From: a virus
Length of the DNA: 36,935 nucleotides
IMG/VR virus record: IMGVR_UViG_3300038859_000015
Location: 1 to 36,935 of that record
Reading direction: 5' to 3' (one strand)
In this document: piece after piece, positions 16,275-24,276 of the stretch
Layout of the letters: each line of letters opens with the position of its first letter
Numbering within the stretch: position 1 is the first letter of the stretch
Position numbers and translations under genes: made by a program
The notes under the pieces: model-generated
The model's database searches: none
The model's input: only the letters and a program-made list of their open reading frames with translations
What the model was told of the DNA's origin: nothing

Positions 16275-17084
16275 ATGTCACGTAGAACTCGTAAATCTAG
16301 TTCAAAAGAAGTCGCCACCTGGGATGAGGAGCTCGCCAAACAGGCGGAGGTCGCCGCGTCCATGGAGGCTGTCGCTGGCGGTGGTCAGTTCTTCTCTACC
16401 AAAGGTGGTCAGCTTTCCTGGCAGGACGCACCACTCCCTGATAATGAGATGGCGGTTGTGATTCTTGACCACATCTTCGAGACCGTCTATTACGAGGGTC
16501 GTTACGATCCTGATACCCCGCAATCACCCACCGCCTTTGCCTTTGGTCGTGATCAGGATGAGTTGCGTTGGCACGAGAACTCTGATCCTGAGTTTGCTGG
16601 CGAGCTTTGCGCCGACTCTGAGGTCTGTGAGTGGGGATCAGCTGACACCGGCAAGGGCAAAGCTGCACGTGAGACCCGTCGCCTGGCGATGATTCCAGCT
16701 GGTCAGTTCAATCGTAACGGCGAGTTTGAGCTGTTCGATGAACCTGATCACTACGCCACCACGACTGTGGGCTTCATGAAGTTGCCAGTGACGTCAGTCA
16801 AGGGCTTTGCCAACTTCGTGAAGCAGGTGGCAGGTGCGTTGAAGCGCCCACCGTTCGGGATCATCGCCCGTGTGGCTGTGGTACCCGACGCGAAGACACA
16901 GTTCAAGGTTACCTTTGAGGTTATTGACAAAGTGCCTGATGAGTTGATGGGTGCCATCATGCAGCGTCGTGAGGAGGTCATGGAGATCATCGACTTCCCG
17001 TATCAGCGCGATGACGAGGAGGCTGAACCAGCACCAAAGCGTGGCGCGAAGAAGCCTGCCCGTCGCAGCCGTCGTAAGTACTAA
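16275..17084 (+). CDS. hypothetical protein, possible ssDNA-binding/recombination accessory protein (269 aa)
   Basis: The ATG at 16275 with a GAGGA RBS is preferred to the track start at 16224. Basic C-terminal tail KRGAKKPARRSRRKY. The functional call rests on position only. Confidence 0.6.
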   Translation: MSRRTRKSSSKEVATWDEELAKQAEVAASMEAVAGGGQFFSTKGGQLSWQDAPLPDNEMAVVILDHIFETVYYEGRYDPDTPQSPTAFAFGRDQDELRWHENSDPEFAGELCADSEVCEWGSADTGKGKAARETRRLAMIPAGQFNRNGEFELFDEPDHYATTTVGFMKLPVTSVKGFANFVKQVAGALKRPPFGIIARVAVVPDAKTQFKVTFEVIDKVPDELMGAIMQRREEVMEIIDFPYQRDDEEAEPAPKRGAKKPARRSRRKY

Positions 17085-17096
17085 TCTAACTAGGGT

Positions 17097-17116
17097 CCGG
17101 TGGCGCAAGCTGCCGG
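17097..17116 (+). other. GNRA-loop hairpin after the 16275-17084 gene
   Basis: CCGGTGGC-GCAA-GCTGCCGG (8 bp including two G.U pairs). No T-tract follows, so a terminator role is doubtful. Confidence 0.3.
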
Positions 17117-17125
17117 GTTGACTTA

Positions 17126-17329
17126 ATGAAGAAAGAAATCGAGAACCCTGCCTTACGCACCTGGATCGCTCTCAATGATAAGCTTCGTGATGCTGACGAG
17201 GATCAGTGCCAGCAGCTACTCGATGAGGAACTTGCAGGACGTAAGCGCAAGCAATTTATCAAACGCATTCACAGCCGTCTGAATAAGGTGCGGGCGGATC
17301 GTGAACGCAAAGAACTAGGAGCTGGGTGA
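17126..17329 (+). CDS. hypothetical protein (67 aa)
   Basis: Intact ORF encoding a charged helical protein. Confidence 0.5.
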   Translation: MKKEIENPALRTWIALNDKLRDADEDQCQQLLDEELAGRKRKQFIKRIHSRLNKVRADRERKELGAG

Positions 17330-17514
17330 TGCAATCAACTCATCTACAAGGTTCAGAGGAAGTACAACGTGCCGCTAATCAGATGGTGGCAGCTGCAGAA
17401 CAGATTACCCGGGCAGTTAACCAATTTGATTCTACCATTGAACGACTCGCCGTTATTGCACAACAATTTGAAGACTCAGTTGAACGTCTAGTTATGGACG
17501 AACCTACAGTATGA
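17329..17514 (+). CDS. hypothetical protein (61 aa)
   Basis: The ATG overlaps the upstream TGA, and the stop overlaps the polymerase ATG (ATGA). Confidence 0.5.
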   Translation: MQSTHLQGSEEVQRAANQMVAAAEQITRAVNQFDSTIERLAVIAQQFEDSVERLVMDEPTV

Positions 17515-19436
17515 GACAACCTAAGCCTGTCACCATTGACTTTGAGACCTTCGGTATTGAGGGTCGTCCCAAGTACCCACCTATCCCAGTTGGTGTCTCC
17601 ATCAAGGTGTGGGGTCGCAAGTCCAAGTACTACGCCTTTGGCCACCCGACTGAGAACAACTGCTGTTGGTCGGAGGCCGCATCCGCCCTTGAAGAGGCCT
17701 ACCAGTGCGAGGACGGGGTGCTCTTCCAAAACGGTAAGTTTGATGTTGATGTGGCGGAGGAGTGGTTCGGTCTTGCGGTACCTGAGTGGGGCAAGATCCA
17801 TGACACCATGTTCCTGTTGTTTCTTGATGACCCCCACCAGCGTGAGCTCGGCCTAAAGGAGGCGGCAGCACGACTGCTCGACTGGCCCGCTGAGGAGCAG
17901 GATGCCATCGGTGAGTGGCTCATTGCCAATCAACCAGTACCAGGGGTCAAGATCAGCAAGAGCAAGTCCAGCGAGCACTACTTCGGCCGCTACCTCTGCT
18001 TCGCGCCAGGCAAGCTCACCGGCGCCTACGCCAACGGTGACGTGGACCGCACCGAGGGGCTGTTCAAGTTGCTCTGGAAGAAGACCCGGGATCGTGAGAT
18101 GCTTGAGCCCTATGATCGCGAGCGGCGTCTCATGCCCATCCTGCTTGAGATGGAGCGTCAGGGATTGCCTGTTGACCTGGATCGGTTGCGTGCCGATGTT
18201 GAGAGCTACAGCCAGTGGCGCGAGCGGTTAAATGAGTGGCTCATTGAGAAGCTGCAGTGTGGTCCTGGCATCAATTTCAACTCCGGGCAGCAGCTCTTTA
18301 AGGCCATGCTCGAGGCGGGTTTGGTTGATGAGGCCAAAGCACCACTCACTCCCACCGGGAAGTACCAGACCAACAAGGAGGCACTGCTCGTCGCGGTCAA
18401 TGATAAACAGCTCCTGGCCGTGCTCAAGTACCGCACCCAACTGAACACCTGCCTCAATACGTTCATGGCGCCGTGGCTGCACACCGCTGAGCAGTCAGGC
18501 GGGCTCATCTTCACCAACTGGAACCAGGTGCGGTCCCCCAAGGGCGCGGACAACGCCGGCACCAGAACGGGACGGCTGTCCTCCACCCCCAACTTCCAGA
18601 ACATTCCCAATGAGTTCAAAGCGATCTTCAAGCACGACACCGCCGATCGCAAGCTGCGACGCGGACTGCCAAGGTCGCCATTTGATGACCTACCACCGCT
18701 GCCCAAGGTGCGGAGCTACATTGTGCCGTTCCCTGGCGAGATCCTGATCGATCGTGATTACAGCCAACAGGAACCGCGAATCCTCGGTCACTTTGATGGC
18801 GGACAGATCTTGGAAAAGTACCAGGCCGACCCGTGGATTGACTTCCATGACTCCGCCAAGGAGGAGCTGGCCAAGGTCGGTAAGCACTACGAGAGGAAGC
18901 CGGTAAAGAACACCAACCTCGGCATCATCTACGGCATGGGCGTCGGGAAGATGGCCGAGAAGAACGACATGGCGGTGGATGAGGCGAGCGCCCTGAAGAA
19001 GGCCATCCTGCTGCTCTATCCTGGCATCAAGGAGATGTACCGTGACATGAAGGCGCGAGCGGCCAACAAGCTGCCCATCCGCACCTGGGGCGGGCGGGAG
19101 TACTACTGCGAGGAGCCGAAGCTGGTGCAAGGTCGTCTCCGCCACTTTGATTACAAGATGGTGAACGTGCTGATTCAGGGCTCCGCTGCTGACTGCACCA
19201 AGGAGGCAATCATCCGCTACCACGCGGTGAAGCACCCGTCGTCGAAGATCATTCTCAACGTGCATGATCAGATCACTGCCTCGATTCCCAAGCGGATCCT
19301 CAAGAGCGAGATGCAGGTGCTGCGTGAGACCATGGAATCGGTTGAGTTTGACGTGCCCATCCTCAGTGAGGGCGACATCTCTGATACCAACTGGGATGAA
19401 CTTAAAACATACGACAAGAAAGGAGTAATTCAATAA
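17511..19436 (+). CDS. polA: family A DNA polymerase with 3'-5' proofreading exonuclease domain (641 aa)
   Basis: Exo I TIDFET, Exo II NGKFDVDV, Exo III YANGDVD. Motif A DRDYSQQEPRIL, motif B RKPVKNTNLGIIYGMG, motif C NVHDQI. Confidence 0.9.
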   Translation: MRQPKPVTIDFETFGIEGRPKYPPIPVGVSIKVWGRKSKYYAFGHPTENNCCWSEAASALEEAYQCEDGVLFQNGKFDVDVAEEWFGLAVPEWGKIHDTMFLLFLDDPHQRELGLKEAAARLLDWPAEEQDAIGEWLIANQPVPGVKISKSKSSEHYFGRYLCFAPGKLTGAYANGDVDRTEGLFKLLWKKTRDREMLEPYDRERRLMPILLEMERQGLPVDLDRLRADVESYSQWRERLNEWLIEKLQCGPGINFNSGQQLFKAMLEAGLVDEAKAPLTPTGKYQTNKEALLVAVNDKQLLAVLKYRTQLNTCLNTFMAPWLHTAEQSGGLIFTNWNQVRSPKGADNAGTRTGRLSSTPNFQNIPNEFKAIFKHDTADRKLRRGLPRSPFDDLPPLPKVRSYIVPFPGEILIDRDYSQQEPRILGHFDGGQILEKYQADPWIDFHDSAKEELAKVGKHYERKPVKNTNLGIIYGMGVGKMAEKNDMAVDEASALKKAILLLYPGIKEMYRDMKARAANKLPIRTWGGREYYCEEPKLVQGRLRHFDYKMVNVLIQGSAADCTKEAIIRYHAVKHPSSKIILNVHDQITASIPKRILKSEMQVLRETMESVEFDVPILSEGDISDTNWDELKTYDKKGVIQ

Positions 19437-20173
19437 TGGGCAAACGAATTCCAGCGACGCAGATCACCTCATGGTCCTTCAGTCGCTACAACACCTACAA
19501 GCTGTGCCCGCTCAAGGCCAAGCTGCAGTTCATTGACAAGATCAAGGAGCCGCCCAACCCGGCCATGCAGCGTGGGGCCGATGTTCACGACGCCTGTGAG
19601 GCCTACATCAAGGGTCAGCTTAACAAGCTGCCAGAGGAGGCGAAGCAGTTCGCCAAGATGTTCCGCCGTCTGAAGCGTCAGTACCGCAAGGCCATCAGCG
19701 GCATGGTGGTTGAGGACACTTGGGCCTTTACCAAGGACTGGGATGAGACCACCTGGAACGACTGGGTCGGCTGTTGGGTACGGATCAAGCTGGACTGCGC
19801 TGAGCACGAGGATGAGACTACCATGCTTATCAATGATTGGAAGACTGGTAAGTTCCGTCCAGAGAAGAACGAGGAGTATGTCGAGCAGCTGGAGCTCTAT
19901 GCCTTAGCAGCGTTGCTGCTCCATGACCACATCGAGGTGGTGAAGCCGCGCCTTGTCTATCTGGATATGGGCATCATTTACCCTGAGGACAGTAAGAAAG
20001 AGAAGCTGGTCTTCACCCGTGAGGACATCCCGCGGCTGCAGAAGCTCTGGGCGAAGCGGGTTAAGCCGATGCTCAATGATAAGGTGTTCGCGCCGCGGCC
20101 CAACAATCTGTGCCACTGGTGCTTCTTCCGTAAGTCCAATGCCAGCAATGGCGGCGGTCAGTGCAAGTACTAG
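19436..20173 (+). CDS. PD-(D/E)XK nuclease, Cas4/RecB-like with four-Cys cluster (245 aa)
   Basis: N-terminal Cys in YKLCPLKA; KLD...INDWKTGK; EQLELYALA (QxxxY); C-terminal CHWC...C. Confidence 0.75.
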   Translation: MGKRIPATQITSWSFSRYNTYKLCPLKAKLQFIDKIKEPPNPAMQRGADVHDACEAYIKGQLNKLPEEAKQFAKMFRRLKRQYRKAISGMVVEDTWAFTKDWDETTWNDWVGCWVRIKLDCAEHEDETTMLINDWKTGKFRPEKNEEYVEQLELYALAALLLHDHIEVVKPRLVYLDMGIIYPEDSKKEKLVFTREDIPRLQKLWAKRVKPMLNDKVFAPRPNNLCHWCFFRKSNASNGGGQCKY

Positions 20174-20182
20174 GAGGCAATT

Positions 20183-20254
20183 ATGCACCCGGTATTACTC
20201 GTGATCTTTATGATCTTACTGTTAGTTGCAATTGAAAAAGGATGGATAAAATGA
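20183..20254 (+). CDS. 23-aa hydrophobic mini-protein (MHPVLLVIFMILLLVAIEKGWIK)
   Basis: Translated by hand. Consensus AGGAGG lies 5 nt upstream (20172-20177). The stop overlaps an in-frame ATG of the exonuclease gene (ATGA at 20251-20254). Confidence 0.45.
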   Translation: MHPVLLVIFMILLLVAIEKGWIK

Positions 20255-20808
20255 AACCTCAACTTAAAGAACAACGCAAAGTCTTCCATGATGTCATGAT
20301 CGATCTTGAGACCTTGGGCACCACCCCGGGCTGCGTGATCCTCTCCATCGGGGCCGTGGCCTTCGATCCCATGACAGGTGAGCTCGGTGATGAGCTCTAT
20401 GTGGTGGTTAATACCCAATCTTGCCTGGAATCAGGGCTCACCATGGATGACGCCACCATCGAGTGGTGGAGCCAACAGTCAGCTGAGGCCAAAGTGGTGC
20501 TTGATGAGGCCAAAACCGGTGGTGAGATGCTTGATGCCGCTATGACTCAGCTCACTGACTACCTCGAAGCGTTGGGTATTAAACAGGTGCGCATCTGGGG
20601 CAACGGAGCGGATTTTGACAACGCCATCCTGTCTTGCTGCTACCGGGCGGTGAACCAGGTTGTCCCTTGGGTACCGTGGAACAATCGCTGCTACCGTACC
20701 CTAAAGAACCTTATCAAAGGGCCGCGACTGAAGCGTGAGGGCACCTATCACAATGCCCTGGATGACGCTAAGACCCAAGCAAGGCATGCCGTTCAGCTCC
20801 TGCGATGA
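20251..20808 (+). CDS. DEDDh 3'-5' exonuclease (DnaQ / Rv2179c-like), about 185 aa
   Basis: VMIDLETLG (DxE), GADFDNA and YHNALDDAK (H-x4-D). The start may instead be ATG 20242. Confidence 0.75.
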   Translation: MKPQLKEQRKVFHDVMIDLETLGTTPGCVILSIGAVAFDPMTGELGDELYVVVNTQSCLESGLTMDDATIEWWSQQSAEAKVVLDEAKTGGEMLDAAMTQLTDYLEALGIKQVRIWGNGADFDNAILSCCYRAVNQVVPWVPWNNRCYRTLKNLIKGPRLKREGTYHNALDDAKTQARHAVQLLR

Positions 20809-21170
20809 ACCCCGAGACCAAGATTGAGCTGGAGGCCTGTGACCTGGTGTGGAAGCACCTAGGAATCGAGGGCTCCAAGTTGCAGATCACTGGTGACAAC
20901 GGCTATCCGGACCGGATCTTCTGGCTGCCAGGTGGTCACCCACTTCTTATTGAGTTCAAGTGCCCAGGTGAGGAGCCTAGGCCAAAACAACTCCATATCC
21001 ACAACCAGCTCCGTGGGCTGGGTTATGAGGTACAGGTACATGACAACGCAATTACCGCTTTTCAGGCAGTCATCGACGCCGTGGGAGCCACACGACTACC
21101 AAAAGACGGCCGTAAAGTTCTTGCTCGAGCACGCCGCCGCTGCGCTGTTCTTAGATCCGGGGCTGGGTAA
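20805..21170 (+). CDS. VRR-NUC domain nuclease (121 aa)
   Basis: GYPDRIFWLPGGHPLLIEFKCPGEEPRPKQ matches the PD...ExK...Q pattern of VRR-NUC. Confidence 0.75.
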   Translation: MNPETKIELEACDLVWKHLGIEGSKLQITGDNGYPDRIFWLPGGHPLLIEFKCPGEEPRPKQLHIHNQLRGLGYEVQVHDNAITAFQAVIDAVGATRLPKDGRKVLARARRRCAVLRSGAG

Positions 21171-22515
21171 GACCTCCATCACTCTTGCTGCTATTAAGCT
21201 ACTTAAGCGGAAGAAGGTACTGGGTAAGGTATTACTGATTGCCCCACTTCGTGTCTGTCACTCAGTTTGGCCCAATGAGATCAGTAAGTGGCGAGACTTT
21301 CGTCGTCTTAAGGTGGTGGTCCTTCACGGTCCCAATAAGGACGAGCTGCTGAAGCAGAAGGCGGACATCTATGTCATCAACCCTGAGGGGCTCGATTGGT
21401 TACTTCAGGTCAAGAAGGAAAAGACACCAAGCGGCAAGACCCGGGTCAGCGTTGACCTGAGACGGTGGAAGTCACTGGGCTTCGACACCCTGGTCATCGA
21501 TGAGCTATCAAAGTTCAAGCACACCAACACCAACCGCTTCAAGGCCATGAAGCTGGTGTTGCCTACCTTTGCCCGGCGCTGGGGTCTTACCGGCTCACCC
21601 GCTTCCAACGGGCTCATGGACCTGTTTGGTCAGTGCTACATCCTGGATCAGGGCAGAACATTGGGTCAGTACATCACCCACTACCGCATGACCTACTTCG
21701 ACCAAGGTCATGACGGGTTCAGCTGGACCTTGAAAGAAGGTGCTGATGAGGCCATCTATGAGCGGCTTCGTCCACTTGCCCTACGCATGGGCGATGACCT
21801 GCTTGACATGCCCAAGGTGGTAGAGAACAACATTAAGATCGCGCTGCCTGATAAGGTCATGAAGATTTACGACGCAGTCGAGGACGACCTGGTGGCGAAG
21901 ATTGATGAGGGCATCATCACTGCCAAGACAGCTGCCACGGCCAGCATGAAGTGTCGTCAGATCGCTAATGGTGGCATCTATCTCGACCCGGAGGTACAGG
22001 CCCTGGTGAAACTGCCATCGACCAAGAAGGAATGGGTTGACCTTCATGAGGCCAAGTTGGATGCCCTGGAGGAGCTTGTTGAGGAGCTGCAGGGGTCACC
22101 GTTACTGGTGGCCTATGACTTCCAACACGATCTGGAGCGCATCAAGAAGCGGTTTGGCAAAGACGTACCCTTTATCGGTGGTGGTGTCTCAGTGAAGCGT
22201 TCAACCGCCTTAGAACAGGCCTGGAACCGCGGTGAGCTGCCCATCCTGTTTGGCCACCCGCAGTCCATGGGGCACGGGTTGAACTTGCAGGAGTGTGGTC
22301 ACCACGTGGCATGGCACTCGTTGACCTGGGACTACGAACTCTACGACCAGTTCAACCGTCGGGTGCTCCGTCAGGGGAACAACGCCAAGCGGGTATTCAT
22401 CCACCACCTGATTGCTGAGGGCACCATCGATGAGGCCGTGTTCGGGGCCCTGAAGATGAAGCGCCGAGGTCAGAATGCTCTGTTCACTGCGCTCAAAAAG
22501 ATCAAAAAAGTTTGA
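21040..22515 (+). CDS. SNF2-family (SF2) helicase/ATPase (about 491 aa)
   Basis: DPGLGKTS (motif I), VIDELSKFK (DExx), HGLNLQ and RRVLRQGN (motif VI). ATG 21040 with a GAGGT RBS. The track start at 20893 lies inside the VRR-NUC gene. Confidence 0.85.
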   Translation: MTTQLPLFRQSSTPWEPHDYQKTAVKFLLEHAAAALFLDPGLGKTSITLAAIKLLKRKKVLGKVLLIAPLRVCHSVWPNEISKWRDFRRLKVVVLHGPNKDELLKQKADIYVINPEGLDWLLQVKKEKTPSGKTRVSVDLRRWKSLGFDTLVIDELSKFKHTNTNRFKAMKLVLPTFARRWGLTGSPASNGLMDLFGQCYILDQGRTLGQYITHYRMTYFDQGHDGFSWTLKEGADEAIYERLRPLALRMGDDLLDMPKVVENNIKIALPDKVMKIYDAVEDDLVAKIDEGIITAKTAATASMKCRQIANGGIYLDPEVQALVKLPSTKKEWVDLHEAKLDALEELVEELQGSPLLVAYDFQHDLERIKKRFGKDVPFIGGGVSVKRSTALEQAWNRGELPILFGHPQSMGHGLNLQECGHHVAWHSLTWDYELYDQFNRRVLRQGNNAKRVFIHHLIAEGTIDEAVFGALKMKRRGQNALFTALKKIKKV

Positions 22516-22524
22516 AATTAGGTG

Positions 22525-22553
22525 TTTACAAATCCTTAGTAGTGTTGTATTAT
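22525..22553 (+). promoter_or_regulatory. sigma70-like promoter TTTACA-N17-TATTAT inside the 22-nt repeated block
   Basis: 22512-22533 is identical to 15449-15470. -10 at 22548-22553. Confidence 0.65.
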
Positions 22554-22593
22554 TACCTCATGATCACAAAACAACCTTGCTGAGGGTTCAATT

Positions 22594-23046
22594 ATGACTA
22601 AACAAGCTGATACCGTTAAGATCTTCAAGCGGCGCGACTCCGCTACTGCGGTGCTTCGCAAGATGGGAATCAACTCCCGCGACTACGGCCTCTTCATTGA
22701 GAAGATGGAAGACGGCCGCTTTACCTGTCAGGTGGCCCTCGCTGAGGGGCATCTTGAATCTCTCAAAGAGCAGACCAAGCCAAAGCCCAAGAAGAAAGCT
22801 ACTAAGGTCAAGAAGGAGAAGCGGGTCACCATCTCCAGCCTGTGCCGTGACATGATCCTGGACGGTGCAGACAACGCTGCCATCTTCAAGGCACTGCAGG
22901 AAAAGTATGGTGAGGAGCGGTTCGGGCCAGAGAAACGCCACTATCCTGCCTGGTACCGTTGTGAGCTGCGTCGCAAAGGTGAGTTGCCACCGGCCTTTGA
23001 TCCCATCAACCAGGACCCTACTGCTGTTCACGTAGTGGAGGACTGA
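22594..23046 (+). CDS. hypothetical protein with Lys-rich linker and a C-terminal 'WYR' module (150 aa)
   Basis: First gene after a promoter. KPKPKKKATKVKKEKR linker. The C-terminus resembles that of the 23471-24091 product. Confidence 0.6.
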   Translation: MTKQADTVKIFKRRDSATAVLRKMGINSRDYGLFIEKMEDGRFTCQVALAEGHLESLKEQTKPKPKKKATKVKKEKRVTISSLCRDMILDGADNAAIFKALQEKYGEERFGPEKRHYPAWYRCELRRKGELPPAFDPINQDPTAVHVVED

Positions 23047-23048
23047 CC

Positions 23049-23252
23049 ATGAACAACCGTAAGTTGGTCCTCATTTTGGTGGTTATTGCAATGGCACTTC
23101 TTGTCGTTGACCAATCAGATTACGAGGATGAGATGACTCAACGTCAGCACTACTGTGAGATGGTTGAGCTGTGGCACGATCATGACCACTTGCCACCTGA
23201 GCAGCGGCCTGGGTGGCCACCCTACAAAGGAGGTTGTGATGGACAGGATTGA
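23049..23252 (+). CDS. small membrane protein (67 aa), one N-terminal TM helix
   Basis: KLVLILVVIAMALLVV hydrophobic segment and a His/Asp-rich WHDHDH stretch. Confidence 0.55.
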   Translation: MNNRKLVLILVVIAMALLVVDQSDYEDEMTQRQHYCEMVELWHDHDHLPPEQRPGWPPYKGGCDGQD

Positions 23253-23502
23253 GAACATCAATATCCGCGACGAGAGCACCGATACCGAGAAGCGGTTTCA
23301 GTTCTACGTGGGTGATTGTCGTCGTGGTCTGGTCACAATGGGCCCAGATAGGCGAGTCAAATTTCACTGGCAAACTGCCGGCCCATCTCAGATCGAGGAG
23401 GCGCGCATCTGGATTCAAGGACTGTTGGAACTTTCAATGATTGCAGAACAACTAGAAGTGGAGGCCAAACATGGCAAGAAGAAAACGCGCCGGCGCAAGT
23501 AG
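23239..23502 (+). CDS. hypothetical protein (87 aa)
   Basis: ATG 23239 with an AGGAGG RBS. The track start at 23155 is upstream and in frame. Confidence 0.55.
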   Translation: MDRIENINIRDESTDTEKRFQFYVGDCRRGLVTMGPDRRVKFHWQTAGPSQIEEARIWIQGLLELSMIAEQLEVEAKHGKKKTRRRK

Positions 23503-24091
23503 CAAGGGCGTTTACCGGGACCATAACGGACGAACCTGTCTGCTGGTGAAGGATGGCGATGAGGTTGAGTTCATCCCGCTTGACATCTCAGAGGGCTTTC
23601 AGGTGCACACCACCACACGGGTGTCATTTGACAAGCGCTATCTACCCATGGTAGACTACCCGCTAGACAAGGCCGCTGCGCTGTATCTTAACTATGCCTT
23701 AGCGGTCGGCGCCAGTGAGGCGGTTGTTGAGCACTTGGCGCAGATCATTGAAGTGAGCACCATCGACCGTGAGACGATCATCTTAAAGCGGGCACCAACC
23801 AAAGTGGAGAAGCCAAAGCGGCAACGTAAGGTGAAGGATGCGCCCAAGGCACCTGACTCAACCACCAAGCGAAAAGCACGGCGGGCAGTGAAGAAAGCCA
23901 AGAACAGCTCAGGCTACCCATCTGCTGCTCAGATGTTCCAGGCACTGATCATGGCGGGTGAGCTCACTGATGATGAGATCTTCGCCCAGGTGCAGGCTGC
24001 CTTTGACCTCGAGGACAAGAAGCGCAGCTACGTGAAGTGGTACCGTAACAATTTAACTAAACAGGGGAAGAACCCACCGGAGGCAAAATGA
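23471..24091 (+). CDS. hypothetical protein with Lys-rich linker and a C-terminal 'WYR' module (206 aa)
   Basis: KVEKPKRQRKVKDAPKAPDSTTKRKARRAVKKAK linker. C-terminus ...IFAQVQAAFDLEDKKRSYVKWYRNNLTKQGKNPP. Confidence 0.6.
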   Translation: MARRKRAGASSKGVYRDHNGRTCLLVKDGDEVEFIPLDISEGFQVHTTTRVSFDKRYLPMVDYPLDKAAALYLNYALAVGASEAVVEHLAQIIEVSTIDRETIILKRAPTKVEKPKRQRKVKDAPKAPDSTTKRKARRAVKKAKNSSGYPSAAQMFQALIMAGELTDDEIFAQVQAAFDLEDKKRSYVKWYRNNLTKQGKNPPEAK

Positions 24092-24276
24092 AGTTAAGAT
24101 CCGCTGGCCAAGCAGTCGTTGACTCAGGTCTTGTCAATGAGGTTGGCCACAAGGGCGTCTTTGTACCAACCCCTCGCAAGGACCGAAACCGCCCGCAGTG
24201 CCATTTGCAGTACGTCCACCCATCTAACCTAACCAAGGAGAAGAATGATGCCAAAGACGCGTCAAGTGAAGCGTGA
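24088..24276 (+). CDS. questionable small ORF (62 aa)
   Basis: ATGA-coupled to the upstream gene and fills an otherwise 153-nt gap. It overlaps the methyltransferase start by 32 nt and has no recognisable motif. Confidence 0.3.
   Translation: MKLRSAGQAVVDSGLVNEVGHKGVFVPTPRKDRNRPQCHLQYVHPSNLTKEKNDAKDASSEA

Noticed and set aside
18690-19433. 247-aa ORF antisense to the DNA polymerase gene. Similar long alternative-frame or antisense ORFs occur at 35883-36545, 12248-12694, 5741-6304, 31681-32187, 3833-4261 and 6181-6690.
   Set aside because: Each lies wholly inside a gene with clear conserved motifs on the other strand or frame. Their Arg/Leu/Ser/Gly/Val-rich composition is typical of non-coding frames in GC-rich DNA, and they have no RBS.
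24088-24276. A promoter in the 153-nt gap before the methyltransferase gene
   Set aside because: TTGACT and TTGTCA hexamers are present, but no -10 element lies at a workable spacing. The gap may instead be filled by the doubtful 62-aa ORF.
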